Shown here: one piece after another, positions 1 to 8,118 of the stretch
How positions within the stretch are numbered: position 1 is the first letter of the stretch
Layout: each line of letters starts with the position of its first letter
Origin: a virus
Taxonomy: Duplodnaviria > Caudoviricetes
Length of the DNA: 52,427 nt
IMG/VR virus record: IMGVR_UViG_3300043452_000009
Location: 1 to 52,427 of that record
Strand: one strand, 5' to 3'
Notes under the pieces: generated by a model
What the model was told of the DNA's origin: nothing
Seen by the model: only the letters and a program-made list of their open reading frames with translations
Database searches by the model: none
Position numbers and translations under genes: made by a program

Positions 1-1
1 T

Positions 2-301
2 AAGTTTAAATGTAATGTAAGGAGTTTAATTAGCAAGTCTTTCAAAAGAGGTGTTAATCAATTTAAAAAAACAGCAAGTACAGAATCAATACTTCAATGT
101 AATATAAAAGATTTTAAAGCACATATAGAAAAACAATTTACAGAAGGTATGTCTTTTGATAACCATGGTGATTGGCACTTAGACCATATAATACCATTAG
201 CATCAGCAAAAACAGAAGATGAAGTAATAAAACTAAATCACTATACAAACTTTCAGCCACTATGGGCGATAGATAATTTAAGAAAAGGTAGCAAGGTGTA
301 A
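2..301 (+). CDS. HNH-family endonuclease, 5'-truncated by the window edge (not in ORF track)
   Basis: Frame 2 is open from the edge to TAA 299-301 and reads ...FTEGMSFDNHGDWHLDHIIPLASAKTEDEVIKLNHYTNFQPLWAIDNLRKGSKV*, with a WHxDHIIP...N.QPLW..DN.xK HNH signature. Confidence 0.85.
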   Translation, partial: KFKCNVRSLISKSFKRGVNQFKKTASTESILQCNIKDFKAHIEKQFTEGMSFDNHGDWHLDHIIPLASAKTEDEVIKLNHYTNFQPLWAIDNLRKGSKV

Positions 302-318
302 AATTGGCAAAAAATGTG

Positions 319-326
319 TATATTTG
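319..326 (+). promoter_or_regulatory. Bacteroidota sigmaA-type -7 element TATATTTG
   Basis: Matches TAnnTTTG; intergenic, 13 nt before ATG 340. No clear -33 element. Confidence 0.7.
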
Positions 327-339
327 CCATAAATATATT

Positions 340-561
340 ATGATAGATAGATACATAAAAATGAGGAGGACTAATAACTACGATGTAAACTGGTTTTATA
401 AGTACTTCGTAAGCAAGGGAGGTAAGCTAGACCCTACTACATTCCAGGCCATGTTCCAACTTGGGAACTTAGACGCTGCGCTTGAGCACATTGACCATGA
501 TTTTAAACTGAACAGACTGTACGATAAATCTGGTAGGCTGGTTGGTGTGTTTAAAAATTAA
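340..561 (+). CDS. hypothetical protein
   Basis: ORF track 304..561; ATG 340 preferred because it lies just downstream of the promoter element. Confidence 0.7.
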   Translation: MIDRYIKMRRTNNYDVNWFYKYFVSKGGKLDPTTFQAMFQLGNLDAALEHIDHDFKLNRLYDKSGRLVGVFKN

Positions 562-572
562 AAATAAATGTG

Positions 573-580
573 TATATTTG
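573..580 (+). promoter_or_regulatory. -7 element TATATTTG upstream of the groEL operon
   Basis: TAnnTTTG in an intergenic gap, followed by an A-rich leader and ATG 601. Confidence 0.7.
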
Positions 581-600
581 CTGAATCAAAATCAAATTAA

Positions 601-732
601 ATGAACATAGACTTATCATTCGACCCTACGCAGTTTATACTTGGTATAAACTACTACTCAAAATCTTACGGATACCCGTACAGCGAGTTCAACATCTTCC
701 TAACGTTCTTCAGGCTAAGCTTTAAATTTTAA
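601..732 (+). CDS. small hypothetical protein, 43 aa (not in ORF track)
   Basis: MNIDLSFDPTQFILGINYYSKSYGYPYSEFNIFLTFFRLSFKF*; fills the gap between the promoter and ATG 735. Confidence 0.65.
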   Translation: MNIDLSFDPTQFILGINYYSKSYGYPYSEFNIFLTFFRLSFKF

Positions 733-734
733 TT

Positions 735-983
735 ATGAACTACAGGGACGTTGTTTTGTTTATACTTGAGAAGTATAACACGGAGAATCCAGACAGCATG
801 ATCATGCTGCACACAAACATCACGGTTAACAGCTCGGACAGCTACACCTACTCGGTTAGCATGCGAAGCAAAAGAGCTAGCGTTGATGTTGACAACACAA
901 TGAAGACAAGAAGCAAGTCTGTTGCAGAGCAGGAAGCATTCAAATTAATACTAAATCAAATAATAGATTATGACAGATTTTAA
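735..983 (+). CDS. hypothetical protein, possible dsRBD-like fold
   Basis: C-terminal RSKSVAEQEAFKLIL resembles the dsRBD SKKxAEQxAA helix; overlaps the groEL start. Confidence 0.55.
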   Translation: MNYRDVVLFILEKYNTENPDSMIMLHTNITVNSSDSYTYSVSMRSKRASVDVDNTMKTRSKSVAEQEAFKLILNQIIDYDRF

Positions 984-2577
984 TTACAGCCCTAAGGAGC
1001 TGATCTTTGACCAAGAGGGAAGGGAGAAACTAATAAAAGGGATAAGCACAATCGCCAAGGCGGTTAAGAGTACGCTGGGACCAAGAGGAAACACTGTTCT
1101 TATTGAGTCTCGAAGCCATACACACGGCATCACGGTAACAAAAGATGGTGTAACGGTTGCAAGGAGTATTGACCTGCTTGACCCGGTTGAGAACCTAGCG
1201 GTTAGGATGATGAAGGAGGCGGCTGACAGAACAGCATCAATGGCTGGTGATGGTACAACCACAGCGATCGTGTTGACTGAGGCTATTGTTAAGAACGGGA
1301 TGGACATGCTTAAGGACACGCACAACGTGAGTGAGGTAATTAGGCACATGAACAAGATCACGGAGGACGTGATTAAGCTACTGGAGAAGAGGTCGAAGAA
1401 GGTAAGCGGCAAGACGCTGTCGGACGTGGCTACAATCTCAGCTAATAATGACAAGGAGATCGGGAAGATTATCGCTGACGTGTACAACAAGGTTGGGAAG
1501 AACGGGATTGTAACGGCTAACAACTCACAAACAGCTGAGACGTACTACGAGTTCACAAACGGGATCAAGATAGACAGAGGGTACACATCAAATTTATTCA
1601 TTAATGACTTCAAGAAGGACGAGTGCATTATGGAGGACGTGTATGTTCTAGTTAGCGACCAGGAGGTGAACAATATTTTGTCAATTGAGCGTATTTTACG
1701 ACCAATCATTAATGAAGGCAAGAAGTTATTGATAATTGCGCCATGCTCAGGGAACGTTGTGAACACGTTGGCGGCTAACGTCGTGCAGAACAAGGTGAAG
1801 ATGTGTAATATTTCTCCGCCTCAGTTTGGATACAAGCAGAAGGAGCTGATGGGAGATATTGCCTTGGCTGTTGGAGCGAAGTACTTCAGCGAGCAGACTG
1901 GTGATGACTTGAGTTTAATTGGAATGGAGCACTTGGGTAGAGCTGAGAGAATTATCATTGGAAGAGATAGCAGTGTTATAGTTAGATCTGAAGAGGTAAG
2001 CCCGGAGATGCAGGAGCGAATTGACCAGCTGTGGCAGGCACACGAGAACACCTCAAGAAAAGCAGACAAGGACTTCATTAAGGAGCGTATTGCCTCGCTA
2101 ACCGGTGGTGTTGGTGTTATTTACGTTGGTGGATCGTCTGACATTGAGCAGAAGGAGAAGTACGACAGGGTTGATGACGCTATTTGTGCGGTTAGATCTG
2201 CGATTGAGGAAGGGATTTTACCTGGAGGAGGGCTAGCGCTGTTCAATATATCTGACGAGTTGTCATTCCTAGCGGATGAGAACATTGAGGAGATGAGCAA
2301 GGAGCAGTTCGTGGCGTACCACATCATGGCTAAGTCGATGCAGGGGCCGTTATGTCAGATCATGATAAACGCAGGGCTGGACCCATGGGGTATAATGGAG
2401 GAGCACTTTGAGGGCAACTCATATGGGTATGACGTTAAGAACAATGTGTACGGTGACATGTACGCGATGGGCGTTATTGACCCGTTGAAGGTGACTAAGA
2501 ACGCGTTGAAGAACGCTGTATCTGTAGCATCAACGATACTAAGTACAAATGCAATAATAACAATAGCAAGAGCGTAA
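970..2577 (+). CDS. groEL: phage-encoded chaperonin GroEL (Cpn60)
   Basis: AVKSTLGPRG, ITVTKDGVTVA, AGDGTTTA, ATISANND, DRVDDAICAVRSAIEEGILPGGG, GVIDPLKV. 535 aa, no C-terminal GGM tail. Confidence 0.97.
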   Translation: MTDFNYSPKELIFDQEGREKLIKGISTIAKAVKSTLGPRGNTVLIESRSHTHGITVTKDGVTVARSIDLLDPVENLAVRMMKEAADRTASMAGDGTTTAIVLTEAIVKNGMDMLKDTHNVSEVIRHMNKITEDVIKLLEKRSKKVSGKTLSDVATISANNDKEIGKIIADVYNKVGKNGIVTANNSQTAETYYEFTNGIKIDRGYTSNLFINDFKKDECIMEDVYVLVSDQEVNNILSIERILRPIINEGKKLLIIAPCSGNVVNTLAANVVQNKVKMCNISPPQFGYKQKELMGDIALAVGAKYFSEQTGDDLSLIGMEHLGRAERIIIGRDSSVIVRSEEVSPEMQERIDQLWQAHENTSRKADKDFIKERIASLTGGVGVIYVGGSSDIEQKEKYDRVDDAICAVRSAIEEGILPGGGLALFNISDELSFLADENIEEMSKEQFVAYHIMAKSMQGPLCQIMINAGLDPWGIMEEHFEGNSYGYDVKNNVYGDMYAMGVIDPLKVTKNALKNAVSVASTILSTNAIITIARA

Positions 2578-2578
2578 C

Positions 2579-2836
2579 ATGAAAGCAATAGGGAAAAATA
2601 TAATTATTAAGCCAATTGACGAACAGATCAAGACCGACTTTGGTCTTGTTCTTTCTGGCGAGGAGTCTGACAAGATCAGATACAAAAAAGCCACGGTTGT
2701 AAACCCTGGCTTAGATGTTTCATTTATACAAGAAGGAGACGAGATCTACTACGACAAGCGTGCTGGCTACACTATGATCCTAAATGGTGAGCAGCTTACG
2801 ATAATCGGAGAAAGAGACGTTGTCATCGTTTTATAG
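2579..2836 (+). CDS. groES: co-chaperonin GroES (Cpn10)
   Basis: MKAIGKNIIIKP...mobile loop KTDFGLVL...GDEIYY...GEQLTIIGERDV; directly follows groEL. Confidence 0.93.
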   Translation: MKAIGKNIIIKPIDEQIKTDFGLVLSGEESDKIRYKKATVVNPGLDVSFIQEGDEIYYDKRAGYTMILNGEQLTIIGERDVVIVL

Positions 2837-3284
2837 CTTCGTTCATCTTCTTAACAATGCGTCTATATCGTTTGTCGGTATACGACGCATTTTTTGCGAA
2901 CATAGGATTGTTCTGATAGTTATCAGACAGGCGCTCCTCGCCATTAAGTTTCTTGTACACAGATCGAACAAGGCGCTTCCCTTTAAAAGATAGCTCGTAT
3001 AGATTAGACTCCATTCCTGTTCTCTTTCTCCATATTATAATCCACTCATCCTTAAGCATCCTATTAAACCTTTCGGTATCCCAGCTCATTGTCATGGCAA
3101 AATCAGTAAAGCAATCCCTGGTAAATAATCTCTCAGAAAAAAGAAATAGCATCATATCTAAGTCTGCTGATGATATATTGTGCTTGGTCTTAGCCCATTG
3201 ACGAACCACTCTAAAGTACTTCAAGTAGTCCTGACCAGGATCTCTTCTGTCGTACGCTCTTCTTATATTACTCTTGATTTTCAT
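2823..3284 (-). CDS. putative winged-helix (MarR-like) DNA-binding regulator
   Basis: HNISSADLDMMLFL...FNRMLKDEWII.W.K...LYELSFKGKRLV fits a MarR-type wHTH pattern. It is the only antisense gene in this arm and has its own TAnnTTTG element. Confidence 0.6.
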   Translation of the reverse strand: MKIKSNIRRAYDRRDPGQDYLKYFRVVRQWAKTKHNISSADLDMMLFLFSERLFTRDCFTDFAMTMSWDTERFNRMLKDEWIIIWRKRTGMESNLYELSFKGKRLVRSVYKKLNGEERLSDNYQNNPMFAKNASYTDKRYRRIVKKMNEAIKR

Positions 3285-3297
3285 TTAATTTTAATTA

Positions 3298-3315
3298 TTA
3301 TCTTTGCAAAGATAA
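3298..3315. promoter_or_regulatory. 18-bp perfect palindrome forming two opposed -7 elements (bidirectional promoter)
   Basis: TTATCTTTGCAAAGATAA gives TATCTTTG on + (3299-3306) and TATCTTTG on - (3314-3307), between divergent ATGs at 3284(-) and 3330(+). Confidence 0.8.
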
Positions 3316-3329
3316 ATAAAAAAGACGAG

Positions 3330-3659
3330 ATGACTAAAATTTCACTGTATCCAAATGATACTAACATAGAAGACGACGATATTTTATTGGGTACAGACAA
3401 GGAAACTCCTGGAGATGTAACTAAGAATTTTCCTATTGGAAGCTTAAAGGCTTACATAACAAATTCTTTGATATTTAAAAACCTTACCCCAATTCCTCTT
3501 TCAGCTTCTGCGTTAAATTTTTCTTATCCTAATGCGGTTATTGGAACGCAAGTAATTTGCTCGTCGCTTGAGGGATCTGTTTTAGTAAATAAAGTATACG
3601 TTTACACTTGCACAGACGCTCAGTCTTGGGCTTTAGACGTTAGAGATAAAGTAGTATAA
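3330..3659 (+). CDS. small fibre/adaptor-like virion protein
   Basis: ORF track 3180..3659; ATG 3330 (MTKISLYP) follows the promoter. N-terminus resembles 8119 and C-terminus resembles the end of 3774. Confidence 0.65.
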   Translation: MTKISLYPNDTNIEDDDILLGTDKETPGDVTKNFPIGSLKAYITNSLIFKNLTPIPLSASALNFSYPNAVIGTQVICSSLEGSVLVNKVYVYTCTDAQSWALDVRDKVV

Positions 3660-3675
3660 AATTTAAAAAATAGAT

Positions 3676-3774
3676 ATGAAAGCTTGTAAAACAAAAATGA
3701 AAATGGCTGATAAGAAGCCAATGGCTAGTAAGTCAATCACTAAAAAAGTAATGATTAAAACAACTAAAAAATAA
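3676..3774 (+). CDS. Lys/Met-rich micro-protein, 32 aa (not in ORF track)
   Basis: MKACKTKMKMADKKPMASKSITKKVMIKTTKK*; TAATG overlap with the next gene. Confidence 0.6.
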   Translation: MKACKTKMKMADKKPMASKSITKKVMIKTTKK

Positions 3775-5258
3775 TGGCAAACGTACCTTTAACCACGCGT
3801 TTCATCGGTATATCCGAGAGTGTGGATCTTACAGAAAAAAAATCAGCAGCATTAAACGCTGAGACTCAACCTTACACATTCCAGGATATTATAACCACTA
3901 TTGGACCAGGACCAGCAGGACCTCAAGGTGTTCAAGGACCAGCAGGACCAGTTGGACCAGTTGGACCAGCAGGGTTAGAATGGCAAGGAGCATGGGTATC
4001 TGGTACGTCATACGTTGAGGATGACGCGGTTGGATATGATGGGGCTTCATGGTTTTGTATTTTAGCTACAAGCGGAACAGACGCTCCAGATGTAGACGCA
4101 ACTCACTGGGCTTTATTAGCTTCTCAAGGGGCGCAAGGTATTCAAGGTGTTGCTGGACCAACAGGTGCTCAAGGACCTACAGGACCTGAAGGTATTCAAG
4201 GTATTCAAGGTGTTGCTGGACCTACAGGTGCAACAGGACCAGAAGGGCCTATCGGAGCTACAGGTGCACAAGGTATTCAAGGCATTCAAGGTGTTGCCGG
4301 ACCAACAGGTGCTCAAGGACCAGAAGGGCCTCAAGGAGCAGCTGGTGTTGTGCCTGCTAAAACAATAGGAGAAGTTATATTTGGATTTAGTGCAATAAAC
4401 ACATTGTCTTACGATATAAACAAGATACCTACAAACGGTAACTCAGATGGAGGATTTGCTTACTTACCAAGTACAACCGGCTTACCAATTGGTAAAGAGG
4501 TAACTGTAGCTTGTTTTTCAAGCGGTACTTTCAATGTAAGAACATTTGACAATGGTTATAAAATTATAAACAACAACATTAACCCAGGATCTGATTTAAG
4601 TGCTACTACTGTTAAGATATCTAACGGTGAGATTTTAAAGTTCACCCTTATTGACAGCGGCTTCTGGATTCTTGACTATGTTGTAACAAGCAAAGAAAAC
4701 AGAACATTATATAGTTTATCAGGAGGACCTACTGCTTTAGCCCCAAGAGTTATCAATGGAACTAGAGTAAACGCTATATCTACAGGATATTATGCGTTAC
4801 CTGCAAGTGGGGCTGTTGTTGCTAGTAATATAAACGAGGTTATTGTTTATGCTCAAAGTGCAACAGTTACAATTCAAGCAGCTACAGGAGGTAACATATC
4901 TTACACGTCAAACAATTCTTACGGTTCTGGATATGGCATGTTAGCTTATTCTACAGTTAGATTTACAAGATACTATGGAGAAAACTGGATTGCTGAGCCT
5001 ATTGTTGGAGCATTTCCTAATTTTAATGGTACCCCATTAAGTGCAGCAAGTGCCTACTCTATAAACGAAGCAACTACAAACAACACTACATCTGCATTAA
5101 CTGCATCTGCATTAAATACAGCTTACCCTACATCTGGTCCTATAAATTATCCTGTAGGATTTAAGGTTTACTGCAAAGACATTACAGGCGGTGGTTTAGT
5201 ATACGTTAAAGTAACAGGAAACACTTGGGTATCAATGCCTATTACTGCTGTAGTATAG
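3774..5258 (+). CDS. collagen-like fibre protein with a carbohydrate-binding-like module
   Basis: Two Gly-X-Y tracts flank WQGAWVSGTSY..DDAVGYDGASWFC...P..DATHW (CBM5/12-like aromatic pattern); beta-rich C-terminal domains. Confidence 0.85.
   Translation: MANVPLTTRFIGISESVDLTEKKSAALNAETQPYTFQDIITTIGPGPAGPQGVQGPAGPVGPVGPAGLEWQGAWVSGTSYVEDDAVGYDGASWFCILATSGTDAPDVDATHWALLASQGAQGIQGVAGPTGAQGPTGPEGIQGIQGVAGPTGATGPEGPIGATGAQGIQGIQGVAGPTGAQGPEGPQGAAGVVPAKTIGEVIFGFSAINTLSYDINKIPTNGNSDGGFAYLPSTTGLPIGKEVTVACFSSGTFNVRTFDNGYKIINNNINPGSDLSATTVKISNGEILKFTLIDSGFWILDYVVTSKENRTLYSLSGGPTALAPRVINGTRVNAISTGYYALPASGAVVASNINEVIVYAQSATVTIQAATGGNISYTSNNSYGSGYGMLAYSTVRFTRYYGENWIAEPIVGAFPNFNGTPLSAASAYSINEATTNNTTSALTASALNTAYPTSGPINYPVGFKVYCKDITGGGLVYVKVTGNTWVSMPITAVV
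4128..4346 (+). repeat. collagen GXY tract with three copies of GIQGVAGPTGA
   Basis: Near-identical DNA unit ggtattcaaggtgttgctggacc(a/t)acaggtgc at about 4137, 4200 and 4281. Confidence 0.9.
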
Positions 5259-5259
5259 T

Positions 5260-5532
5260 ATGCCAGGTAGAACCGCAAAATATTACGCGAACAATCCAGA
5301 CGCTAGAAAAAAGCGTCTGGATTACCAGCGTGAATACAACAAGCAAGACCGCGAAGTAAAAAAAAGGGTTGAGCTTAATAAGGTGAACAGACAGAGAGGT
5401 ACTTACGGAAACGGAGATGGCCTTGATGCTAGTCACACAAAAAGAGGTATAGTAATGAAGAAGGCTTCTATAAACAGAGGTTCTAAAACAGCTATGCCTG
5501 GAGACAGAAGAGCTAGAGGAGGTAAAAAATGA
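5260..5532 (+). CDS. small basic protein with a degenerate HNH-like motif
   Basis: GNGDGLDASH...ASINRG; Arg/Lys-rich. Confidence 0.6.
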   Translation: MPGRTAKYYANNPDARKKRLDYQREYNKQDREVKKRVELNKVNRQRGTYGNGDGLDASHTKRGIVMKKASINRGSKTAMPGDRRARGGKK

Positions 5533-5813
5533 GCGTAAAGAGCAAGATGAAATGTGGTGAGGTAAAACCATCAACGCGCCCTGGTAAAAAAATCATGAAG
5601 CTGTACTGCGATAACGGCAAGGAAAAGCTTGTTCATGCAGGAGCTAAGGGTTACGGTAACAACTACTCAGATGCAGCTCGTAAATCATTCAAGGCTCGTC
5701 ACAAGTGCTCTACAGCGTCACCAGGAACAGCTAGGCATTTAGCTTGCACAGAGCTTTGGTCAGCAGGAGGAAGAAAAACATCAAGTCCAACTAGTCGTAA
5801 AGGTAAATACTAA
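5529..5813 (+). CDS. small basic phage protein (SFKARHxC type)
   Basis: KLVHAGAKGY...ARKSFKARHKC...ACTELW, a motif I recognise from aquatic phage hypothetical proteins; ATGA overlap. Confidence 0.7.
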   Translation: MSVKSKMKCGEVKPSTRPGKKIMKLYCDNGKEKLVHAGAKGYGNNYSDAARKSFKARHKCSTASPGTARHLACTELWSAGGRKTSSPTSRKGKY

Positions 5814-5917
5814 TGAAGAAAGTAATTAAAAAAGCCAAGGAGTACGAATCTAAGAAGTCTTTAGATGGAAAGATGAAGTTCTTAAAGGGTAATGTTGGAA
5901 AAATAAAAAAGAAGTAG
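5813..5917 (+). CDS. Lys-rich micro-protein, 34 aa (not in ORF track)
   Basis: MKKVIKKAKEYESKKSLDGKMKFLKGNVGKIKKK*; TAATG coupling. Confidence 0.6.
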   Translation: MKKVIKKAKEYESKKSLDGKMKFLKGNVGKIKKK

Positions 5918-5919
5918 CT

Positions 5920-6087
5920 ATGCTAGGAGACGATATAGAAAGAGTAACTAAAGCCACTGGTGTAAAAAAAGCGGTTGATTACTTAGCTAAAAAAACAGGT
6001 AAAGACTGCGGTTGCAGTAAAAGAAAGTCTGCGTTAAATAACCCAGGGCTATTAATAAATCAGATAATTTACAAAAAAAGAAATTAA
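5920..6087 (+). CDS. small DCGC-motif phage protein, 55 aa (not in ORF track)
   Basis: MLGDDIERVTKATGVKKAVD...KDCGCSKRKSALN, matching the LGD.I...T.ATG.K...DCGC..R...LN pattern of Bacteroidota phages. Confidence 0.75.
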   Translation: MLGDDIERVTKATGVKKAVDYLAKKTGKDCGCSKRKSALNNPGLLINQIIYKKRN

Positions 6088-6090
6088 ACC

Positions 6091-6573
6091 ATGGCGTATC
6101 AAAAATTACAACAAGGAAGAGCGATAAATGTTATACCAAGCGATGACATAAATATCCCAAGCCCATCAGCAGTTGCTGCTGTAGGCGTTAATGAATCTGC
6201 TGATGATAAAATCATAGATTCAACAAAAGATTTCACTAAATCTGTAAAAGTAAACGACACAATTTATAATTTAACAACAAACGAAATTTCTTACGTAACT
6301 GAAATTGTAGCTGCTGACGAATTAAAGGTCGCTAACTCTTCTTTATTTACAATTGGTGATGAGTATAAAATTTTCAGTACGGTTGACGTAAGAACAGAGC
6401 CGTGCGTTTTATATGTTGGTACATCTGGAGCAGCAAAGACGTTAAAGGTTTTAACAGCCGACAAAGACATTGTTACTTTAGTAGCTCCAGCAGCAGGCTT
6501 TGTAATACCATTGCAGGTATTAAGAGTGTTCGATACTGGAACAGATGTTACGAATATAGTAGCTCTTTGGTAG
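6091..6573 (+). CDS. hypothetical, probable virion protein
   Basis: 160-aa beta-rich ORF ending LYVGT...PLQVLRV..TGT...IVALW, within the late operon. Confidence 0.6.
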   Translation: MAYQKLQQGRAINVIPSDDINIPSPSAVAAVGVNESADDKIIDSTKDFTKSVKVNDTIYNLTTNEISYVTEIVAADELKVANSSLFTIGDEYKIFSTVDVRTEPCVLYVGTSGAAKTLKVLTADKDIVTLVAPAAGFVIPLQVLRVFDTGTDVTNIVALW

Positions 6574-6580
6574 TATAATT

Positions 6581-7015
6581 ATGAAGTCGTATTTGAACTA
6601 TATAGCAACAGGGTTATTATTATTTTTTGCTCCTATACACGGGCTTCTTATTGCTGTGGCTTTCGGTATTATACTGGATACATTTACAGGGATATTTAAA
6701 AGCGTAAAAATAAACGGATGGAAGTCAATTAGATCTAGAAAGTTATCACATATAATATCGAAAATGTTGTTGTATCAAATAACAATAATACTTCTTTACG
6801 TTATTGATAAATTTTTACTTAACGAGTTCGTTACTCAGCACTTTACTATTCAATTTATGTTTACAAAACTTGTAGCTATTGTATTAATTTTCATAGAACT
6901 AGTTAGTATTAAGGAGAATATAGAAGAGGCTTTGAAAATAGATATATGGAGCATGCTTAAGAAGGCTTTAAATAGAGCTAAGGAGGTTAGATCTGATATA
7001 GAAGATATAAAATGA
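6581..7015 (+). CDS. holin
   Basis: About three hydrophobic segments, LDTFTG and ELVSIKENI (holin_4-like); immediately upstream of the endolysin. Confidence 0.85.
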   Translation: MKSYLNYIATGLLLFFAPIHGLLIAVAFGIILDTFTGIFKSVKINGWKSIRSRKLSHIISKMLLYQITIILLYVIDKFLLNEFVTQHFTIQFMFTKLVAIVLIFIELVSIKENIEEALKIDIWSMLKKALNRAKEVRSDIEDIK

Positions 7016-7476
7016 CAACAAGGCAGATAATATCTAAGTACGGGAAGCCAAATGTAACAGGAGAAGGATACTTAGTTACAATACTACTGCCTTATCCAAT
7101 GCGTTTAGCTTGGGATACAGAGACAGTTGTTACAAAAATGAGATGTCATAAGCTAGTTTCTGGTAGGTTCTTAGCTGTATTTAACGAAATACACAGGGAG
7201 TACGGTTACGAAAAAATAAAAGAGTTAGGCATAGATCTTTTTGGAGGGTGTTTTAACTTCAGAAAAATGAGAGGAGGAGACGATTGGTCGACTCATTCAT
7301 GGGGAATTTCATTAGATCTTGATCCGGCAAGAAACCAGTTAAAAGAGACAAGCAAAACCGCAAGATTTGCAAGGCCAGAGTATAAAAAAATGATTGACAT
7401 ATTTTATAAACACGGTTTTATATCTTTAGGTAGAGAAAAAGGATATGATTATATGCACTTTGAAATAAAAGAATAG
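7012..7476 (+). CDS. endolysin, peptidase M15 family
   Basis: R...STHSWGISLDLDP...DYMHFE zinc-peptidase motifs (SxHxxGxxxD and HxE). Confidence 0.9.
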   Translation: MTTRQIISKYGKPNVTGEGYLVTILLPYPMRLAWDTETVVTKMRCHKLVSGRFLAVFNEIHREYGYEKIKELGIDLFGGCFNFRKMRGGDDWSTHSWGISLDLDPARNQLKETSKTARFARPEYKKMIDIFYKHGFISLGREKGYDYMHFEIKE

Positions 7477-7478
7477 AC

Positions 7479-7823
7479 ATGCAAATTAACATATTAAACA
7501 CTAAGAAGTACTTGCCATACATAGCTATAGCGGTACTTTTTATTTTACTGATATCAAGAACAAGTTCTTTAGAAGTAAAAAACGAGAAGCTTTTAAACGA
7601 AGCTAAATCAAACGATTTAAAGGCTCAATACTACATTAGTAAATACAACGCTCTAAAAAGCAAGGATAGTGTCTTAGAGACGAAGTATGATAGCCTAGAT
7701 AGTATTAAATCAATCATTAAAATAAAATACAATGAAAAAATTAAGATTATTGACAAGTATACTGTTTCTGATATGCAGCGTTACTTCGATGAACGCACAA
7801 AAGAAGGTGGTAATACTAGATAG
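7479..7823 (+). CDS. i-spanin-like protein
   Basis: N-terminal TM segment (YIAIAVLFILLI) plus coiled coil; follows the endolysin. Confidence 0.6.
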   Translation: MQINILNTKKYLPYIAIAVLFILLISRTSSLEVKNEKLLNEAKSNDLKAQYYISKYNALKSKDSVLETKYDSLDSIKSIIKIKYNEKIKIIDKYTVSDMQRYFDERTKEGGNTR

Positions 7824-8118
7824 CTTACAGTCTAGCAAAATCATAACAGAATTAATTCAGAAGGACTTCTTAAAGCTTGAGGTTAAAACGCTTGTAAAAA
7901 TGGATAGCTTGTCAAGGCAAAGGATTGTAATTCTTAAAAAGTCTAATGAAGAACTATTAAGCGCTTATAACCAGAAAAACTTACAGGTAAACAATCTAAA
8001 TTCGATTATAGAAAATAACGTAAAAACAATAGCGAAGGAAAAGTCAAAAAATAAATTTTTAAAAGTTGTATCTTTGTTGTCTTTAGGAATAACGGGAATT
8101 TTACTAATAACAAGATAG
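7732..8118 (+). CDS. spanin partner-like exported protein
   Basis: Overlaps the previous gene by 92 nt; signal peptide (MKKLRLL...SMNA|Q), coiled coil, C-terminal hydrophobic helix. Confidence 0.55.
   Translation: MKKLRLLTSILFLICSVTSMNAQKKVVILDSLQSSKIITELIQKDFLKLEVKTLVKMDSLSRQRIVILKKSNEELLSAYNQKNLQVNNLNSIIENNVKTIAKEKSKNKFLKVVSLLSLGITGILLITR

Noticed and set aside
984-2588. Several antisense ORFs over groEL, and similar ones over TerL, MCP, the cargo genes and primase
   Set aside because: Shadow ORFs of strongly coding genes, with no motifs or initiation context.
2812-2833. Weak hairpin at the groES/wHTH convergence as a terminator
   Set aside because: Short stem relying on several G-U pairs; not convincing.
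970-2836. groEL/groES as host chromosomal DNA or a prophage boundary
   Set aside because: Divergent sequence, reversed gene order, no GGM tail, phage genes on both sides, and no integrase or att site seen.
3180-3329. N-terminal extension of ORF 3180..3659 (likewise the starts at 304, 12092, 18651, 34893 and 44392)
   Set aside because: The extensions overlap promoters or neighbouring genes; downstream ATGs fit the promoter and coupling pattern better.
4128-4346. Repeated ~33-nt units resembling a CRISPR array or DGR repeats
   Set aside because: They are in-frame collagen codons with synonymous variation; there are no unique spacers, cas genes or reverse transcriptase in the window.
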